Positions 48,631-52,123 of a DNA stretch of 52,123 nt are shown one piece after another. The translations under genes were made by a program, and so were the position numbers. The notes beneath the pieces are model-generated. The model saw only the letters and a program-made list of their open reading frames with translations, had not been told where the DNA came from and searched no databases. Where the stretch lies: assembly GCA_038065655.1 (NCBI GenBank), contig JBBTQO010000013.1, positions 1-52,123 of the forward strand, read 5' to 3'. How positions within the stretch are numbered: the first letter of the stretch is position 1; every line of letters starts with the position of its first letter. Source of the DNA: Patescibacteria group bacterium. Lineage in GTDB: Bacteria; Patescibacteriota; Minisyncoccia; Phycocordibacterales; WO2-35-19.

Positions 48631-49767
48631 TTAACTTATACCAATAATTTCGTTTTTGGCTTCCTCTTTATTTATAGCTCTAGCATAGGAATATTGCCCC
48701 ATTAAAATACCAATACCCAAAAACTCGGCTAACATATGAGAACCCCCATAACTCATAAAAGGCATCGTAATACCGGTGACTGGTAGGAGCCCCACGTTCA
48801 TGCCAACGTGAATAATAAAGTGGGTAAAAAACATAGCACAAAGTCCTAAACCATAAAGAGTTTCAAAATTGGTTGCTCCCCTTTTAGAAATATGAATAAT
48901 CCTCCAAAAAACAAGCCCGTATAGACCAAACATAACTACCACCCCAACAAACCCCCATTCCTCACTAAAAGCGGCAAAAATAAAATCAGTCTCATACTCT
49001 GGTAAAAATTTTAATTTTGATTGGCTACCCAACCCCACTCCTTTGCCCCAAATTTCTCCCGAGCCAACAGCGATGGTAGATTGATAAGCATTATAGCCAG
49101 CTCCACGAATATCAGTGAGAGGATTAATAAATGATATGATTCTCTGTTTTTGGTAATCCTTAAAAACAAAAAACCACAGACCTCCAAAAGCAAGGAGGCC
49201 TGAAAGAAACACCACCAATAAATGTTTTTTTGATATACCCGAAAACAAGACCATGGCCAACCAAATAAAGAAAATGATAATGGCTGAACCAAAATCAGGT
49301 TGCAAAAAAACTAAAATAAAAATTATAAAAGTATAGAATCCGGAGGTTAAAATATGTCGAACATTGGCAATTTCAATATGTCTTCTTGAAAAATATTTAG
49401 AAAGAAGCAGTATCAATACTATTTTTGCAAAGTCTACCGGCTGAAAGGCAAAGGCCCCAAGATCAAACCAACTTTGTGCCCCCTTAAAAATGGAACCGGC
49501 AATAAATAAAAATAAAAGAACGGCACAAGACACTACAAATAAAAAAACAACTGAGCTACTGCGTCTTAAAAACCTCCAATCAACCAGACTGGCAACAAAT
49601 AAGGCGACCACTGAAACAGAAAACCAAATTGTTTGTTTAAGAAATAAACCACTTTCCTCGGTAAAGGAATTCATAGTTAAAATACCAGCCACTGATATAA
49701 AAAATAAAGCCCCAAAAAGAAGCCAGTCAAAAGAATAGCTGAATCTTTTAATAAAGTTAGAAATCAT
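48631..49767 (-). CDS. rodA: Rod shape-determining SEDS protein
   Basis: GAQSW, FQPVDFAK, QPDFGS, YQ..RI, LPEYETDFIF, EEWG, G.TMPFMSYGGS. Confidence 0.88.
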   Translation of the reverse strand: MISNFIKRFSYSFDWLLFGALFFISVAGILTMNSFTEESGLFLKQTIWFSVSVVALFVASLVDWRFLRRSSSVVFLFVVSCAVLLFLFIAGSIFKGAQSWFDLGAFAFQPVDFAKIVLILLLSKYFSRRHIEIANVRHILTSGFYTFIIFILVFLQPDFGSAIIIFFIWLAMVLFSGISKKHLLVVFLSGLLAFGGLWFFVFKDYQKQRIISFINPLTDIRGAGYNAYQSTIAVGSGEIWGKGVGLGSQSKLKFLPEYETDFIFAAFSEEWGFVGVVVMFGLYGLVFWRIIHISKRGATNFETLYGLGLCAMFFTHFIIHVGMNVGLLPVTGITMPFMSYGGSHMLAEFLGIGILMGQYSYARAINKEEAKNEIIGIS

Positions 49768-49770
49768 AAT

Positions 49771-51183
49771 TTATATTGAATCACCAAATATTTTGTAAGT
49801 TATTTCAATTCTAGCTGGTACTTCCTCACAGATATCAGATGATATATTTTTATAGATAGTTTCTAGATTGGCGGTCGTTGGCGCGAAGAAATAATTATTT
49901 GTCTCTGAGGCAATATCTTTTAGAAAAGATTCATTTATTTTATTTCCGAGACCAATCACATATATAACCAAACCATCATTTTTAATATCTACAGCTTCTT
50001 TTGTGGCTAAGCCCTCGGCGTATTTTATATCATCGGCCTCAGTGCGACCTTGCGGATCTCTAGGATTATTGGCCACCCCATCAGTCAGCAAAATTACTAT
50101 TTTTGAGGATTCATTTTGGCCTCTAGCCGAAATCAACTCTTGCCAGGCCGAGTGTAGTGCTTCAAATATGTTGGTATATTGAGTACTACCGGTTTCAATA
50201 CTGACCCCTTCAATTGTCTGCTTGGCCAAATTTAAATCAGAAGACAAAGTTAGATCTATTGGGTCTTTTACTTTAGAAGCAAAGGAAGCAAAACCAATTT
50301 TATCTTTAACCCCCAATTGTTCTGCAAAAGAGATCGCCGCTTTTTTGGCGCCACTCAATGGTTCTGGAGGATTATCCCCCAGAGAGGCCATGGAGCCAGA
50401 TCTGTCTAACAGGAGCATTACATCAGATGACTTTTCACAAGCTTTAGAGCCCAACTCAAAAGGTTTGGGCCAAGTGAAAAAAACATTTGTATTTTCATCC
50501 TTTTTTATTTTTTCTACAAACGTTCTTGAAGCCGCAATAACATTATCTGCCCCATCAAAAATAGCGACTATTAATTCAATATTTTTTATTTCTTTAATGC
50601 TATTATTTTTTATACTTACCTCAACTCTCGGAGCGCTGTCTAATTTAAAAAGTGGACTGTGAGTTATTTTTAATTTTTCTACCGCTTCTTCATTTTTCTT
50701 CCAAACGATATTGCTGCCAAGTTCAAAAACCGCTCTCCTTGGTCTTACTCCATTTTCTATTGAAATTGAGCCTTCAAAAACACCTACTATTTTATTTTTT
50801 GGTAGAATAGTAGCTCCTTTTCTCTCTACTAAAATTTCGTTGTTTTCATCATACAAAGTAAAAGTATAAGGAACATAAATCGCATCAGCACTTGTGTTTT
50901 GATTTTCCACATAAACAATCGCGCTCCAAACTCCGGGCATCACTTCAAACAACCTCGGGTCCCATCTGACAATTGGTTTGATAACTCCACTACTACAAAT
51001 AAGTGAACATGAACCGCCACAGTCAACACCGCCCTCGTCTCCATTTTTTACATTATCAAAACAAGTTGGCGTTCTATACCAATATTTCCAAAATATGGCA
51101 AAAGAAACGCTAGATAGTACCAAAACTATCACTACTAAATAAATTGTTTTTCTGCGAGATGCCCACGGGCTCATTTCGTTCAT
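49771..51183 (-). CDS. Membrane-anchored Cys-rich protein with a VWA domain
   Basis: TM helix, CFD..KNGDEGGVDCGGSC, MIDAS LLDRSGS, T, LTDG; TATAAT-N6-ATG at 51183. Confidence 0.8.
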   Translation of the reverse strand: MNEMSPWASRRKTIYLVVIVLVLSSVSFAIFWKYWYRTPTCFDNVKNGDEGGVDCGGSCSLICSSGVIKPIVRWDPRLFEVMPGVWSAIVYVENQNTSADAIYVPYTFTLYDENNEILVERKGATILPKNKIVGVFEGSISIENGVRPRRAVFELGSNIVWKKNEEAVEKLKITHSPLFKLDSAPRVEVSIKNNSIKEIKNIELIVAIFDGADNVIAASRTFVEKIKKDENTNVFFTWPKPFELGSKACEKSSDVMLLLDRSGSMASLGDNPPEPLSGAKKAAISFAEQLGVKDKIGFASFASKVKDPIDLTLSSDLNLAKQTIEGVSIETGSTQYTNIFEALHSAWQELISARGQNESSKIVILLTDGVANNPRDPQGRTEADDIKYAEGLATKEAVDIKNDGLVIYVIGLGNKINESFLKDIASETNNYFFAPTTANLETIYKNISSDICEEVPARIEITYKIFGDSI

Positions 51184-51221
51184 ACGATAATTATAACGCA
51201 ATTTAAAAATAACTCACCTTC

Positions 51222-51337
51222 TTTCCCAGAAGATGACCTTTGAAGATTCTGCCCCAAAAGGTCATCTTCGAATTCCTAATCCGACCCCACCCCACTTTCC
51301 TTCGGAAAGTCGCCCCTCACCTTGCGAAGGTGAGGGG
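51222..51337. repeat. Composite element (family B IR plus GCG-loop hairpin), copy 2
   Basis: 13-bp IR 51229-41/51257-69 and 11-bp IR 51313-23/51327-37, with compensatory changes versus 40507-40605. Confidence 0.8.
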
Positions 51338-51388
51338 AAAAATGAAAAATTATGCGTGACCGGATGTGACCAATTTGATTAAATTTTT

Positions 51389-51527
51389 TGTGCTGGCGAC
51401 TAGCTACTTCCCTTACAGGGACTGTCCACTCATTGGACTTTTTGTTTCGTTGCACTCACAAAAACCCTCAATGAGTCTTGCGCTTGGGGCCCCTACCCCA
51501 AGCTCACCCCCAAAAGAGTATCATCGG
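51389..51527 (-). pseudogene. 3' half of a divergent 5S rRNA copy with a ~97-nt hairpin insertion
   Basis: TGTGCTGGCGACTAGCTACTT and CCCCCAAAAGAGTATCATCGG are colinear with 51561-51603 of the intact 5S. Confidence 0.75.
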
Positions 51528-51560
51528 AATTAAAATAGAAATTTAAAAAGTTGAGAACTC

Positions 51561-51672
51561 TGTGCTGGCGGCTACCTACTTTCCCCCAAAGGAGTATCAT
51601 CGGCACTACCGGGCTTAACTTCCGTGTTCGGAATGAGAACGGGTGTGACCCCAGCGTTAAACCACCAACACA
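51561..51672 (-). rRNA. rrf: 5S rRNA (intact)
   Basis: Conserved CCCG..CTCATTCCGAACACGGAAGTTAAG, CCGATGATAC, GAAAGTAGG; 12-bp terminal helix I. Confidence 0.95.
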
Positions 51673-51702
51673 TAACCCTCAACTTTTTACTTTTTAAATT
51701 TC

Positions 51703-51853
51703 ACAGAACTTAACTTCCGTGTTCGGAATGAGCTGAAATGCGAATACTTGGAGCATTTCAGAGCCGGAGCACGACGGTGCGAGGTGGGGTCGCGCAAATT
51801 TTCAGCAGAAAATTATGCGTGACCGGGTGTGACCTCTGCGACAAATCACCAGA
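51703..51853 (-). pseudogene. 5' half of a divergent 5S rRNA copy with a 91-nt hairpin insertion
   Basis: 24-nt identity to the intact 5S (51709-32 = 51614-37); CGGGTGTGACC resumes at 51824. Confidence 0.75.
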
Positions 51854-51950
51854 ACTAAATTTTTAATAAACAAAATTAGAAACCATCAATCAAGATAGTC
51901 CCATAAGGCAGGATGAAAAATTACTAGAAAAAAATAAGTGAATTTTCAAA

Positions 51951-52123
51951 TTTCCTAATAGAATCGGAAAATTAGTACGCCTTGGCTTAATACATTACTG
52001 TACTTACACCTAGCGCCTATCAACGTGATCATCTCTCACGATCCTTAACGATTCCTAATCTTGGGGCCGGCTTCCCTCTTATATGCTTTCAGAGGTTATC
52101 CAAACCCGACTTAGCTACCCTGC
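51951..52123 (-). rRNA. rrl: 23S rRNA, 3' end (partial; 3' boundary approximate)
   Basis: ATTAGTAC...CTTACAC...CCTATCAACGT...ATGCTTTCAG..GTTATC...TTAGCTACC matches the reverse complement of the bacterial 23S 3' domain. Confidence 0.95.

Noticed and set aside
51673-51950. tRNA in the 23S-5S spacer
   Set aside because: No cloverleaf or T-loop motif was found; the GTTCG match belongs to 5S sequence.

Overview
Low-GC bacterial chromosomal window in standard code 11. It is most likely Patescibacteria/Parcubacteria (CPR); this is inferred from gene content and promoter style, not from a database search. Bases 301-37371 are a ~37 kb mosaic surface-glycan locus. It holds an O-antigen-ligase/TPR protein, two gmd, fcl, two GDP-mannose 3',5'-epimerase-like genes, wzm/wzt, a TPP-dependent E1alpha/E1beta plus Zn-dehydrogenase module, many GT2/GT4/GT-C enzymes, seven SAM-methyltransferase domains, two B12-binding radical SAM enzymes and a ferredoxin. 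Next come a VirD4-like ATPase, a putative glycoside hydrolase, a palindrome-bounded two-orphan cassette, secF/secD, a WcaJ-like transferase, a GT4, a four-helix-bundle plus NUDIX pair, rodA and a VWA protein. The window ends in the distal rRNA operon on the minus strand. The most striking observation is an intact 5S rRNA gene, with its own flanking stem, sitting inside a second, divergent 5S gene that also carries two hairpin-cassette insertions. The window also has several families of small palindromic or heptamer elements, some inserted in frame in proteins.
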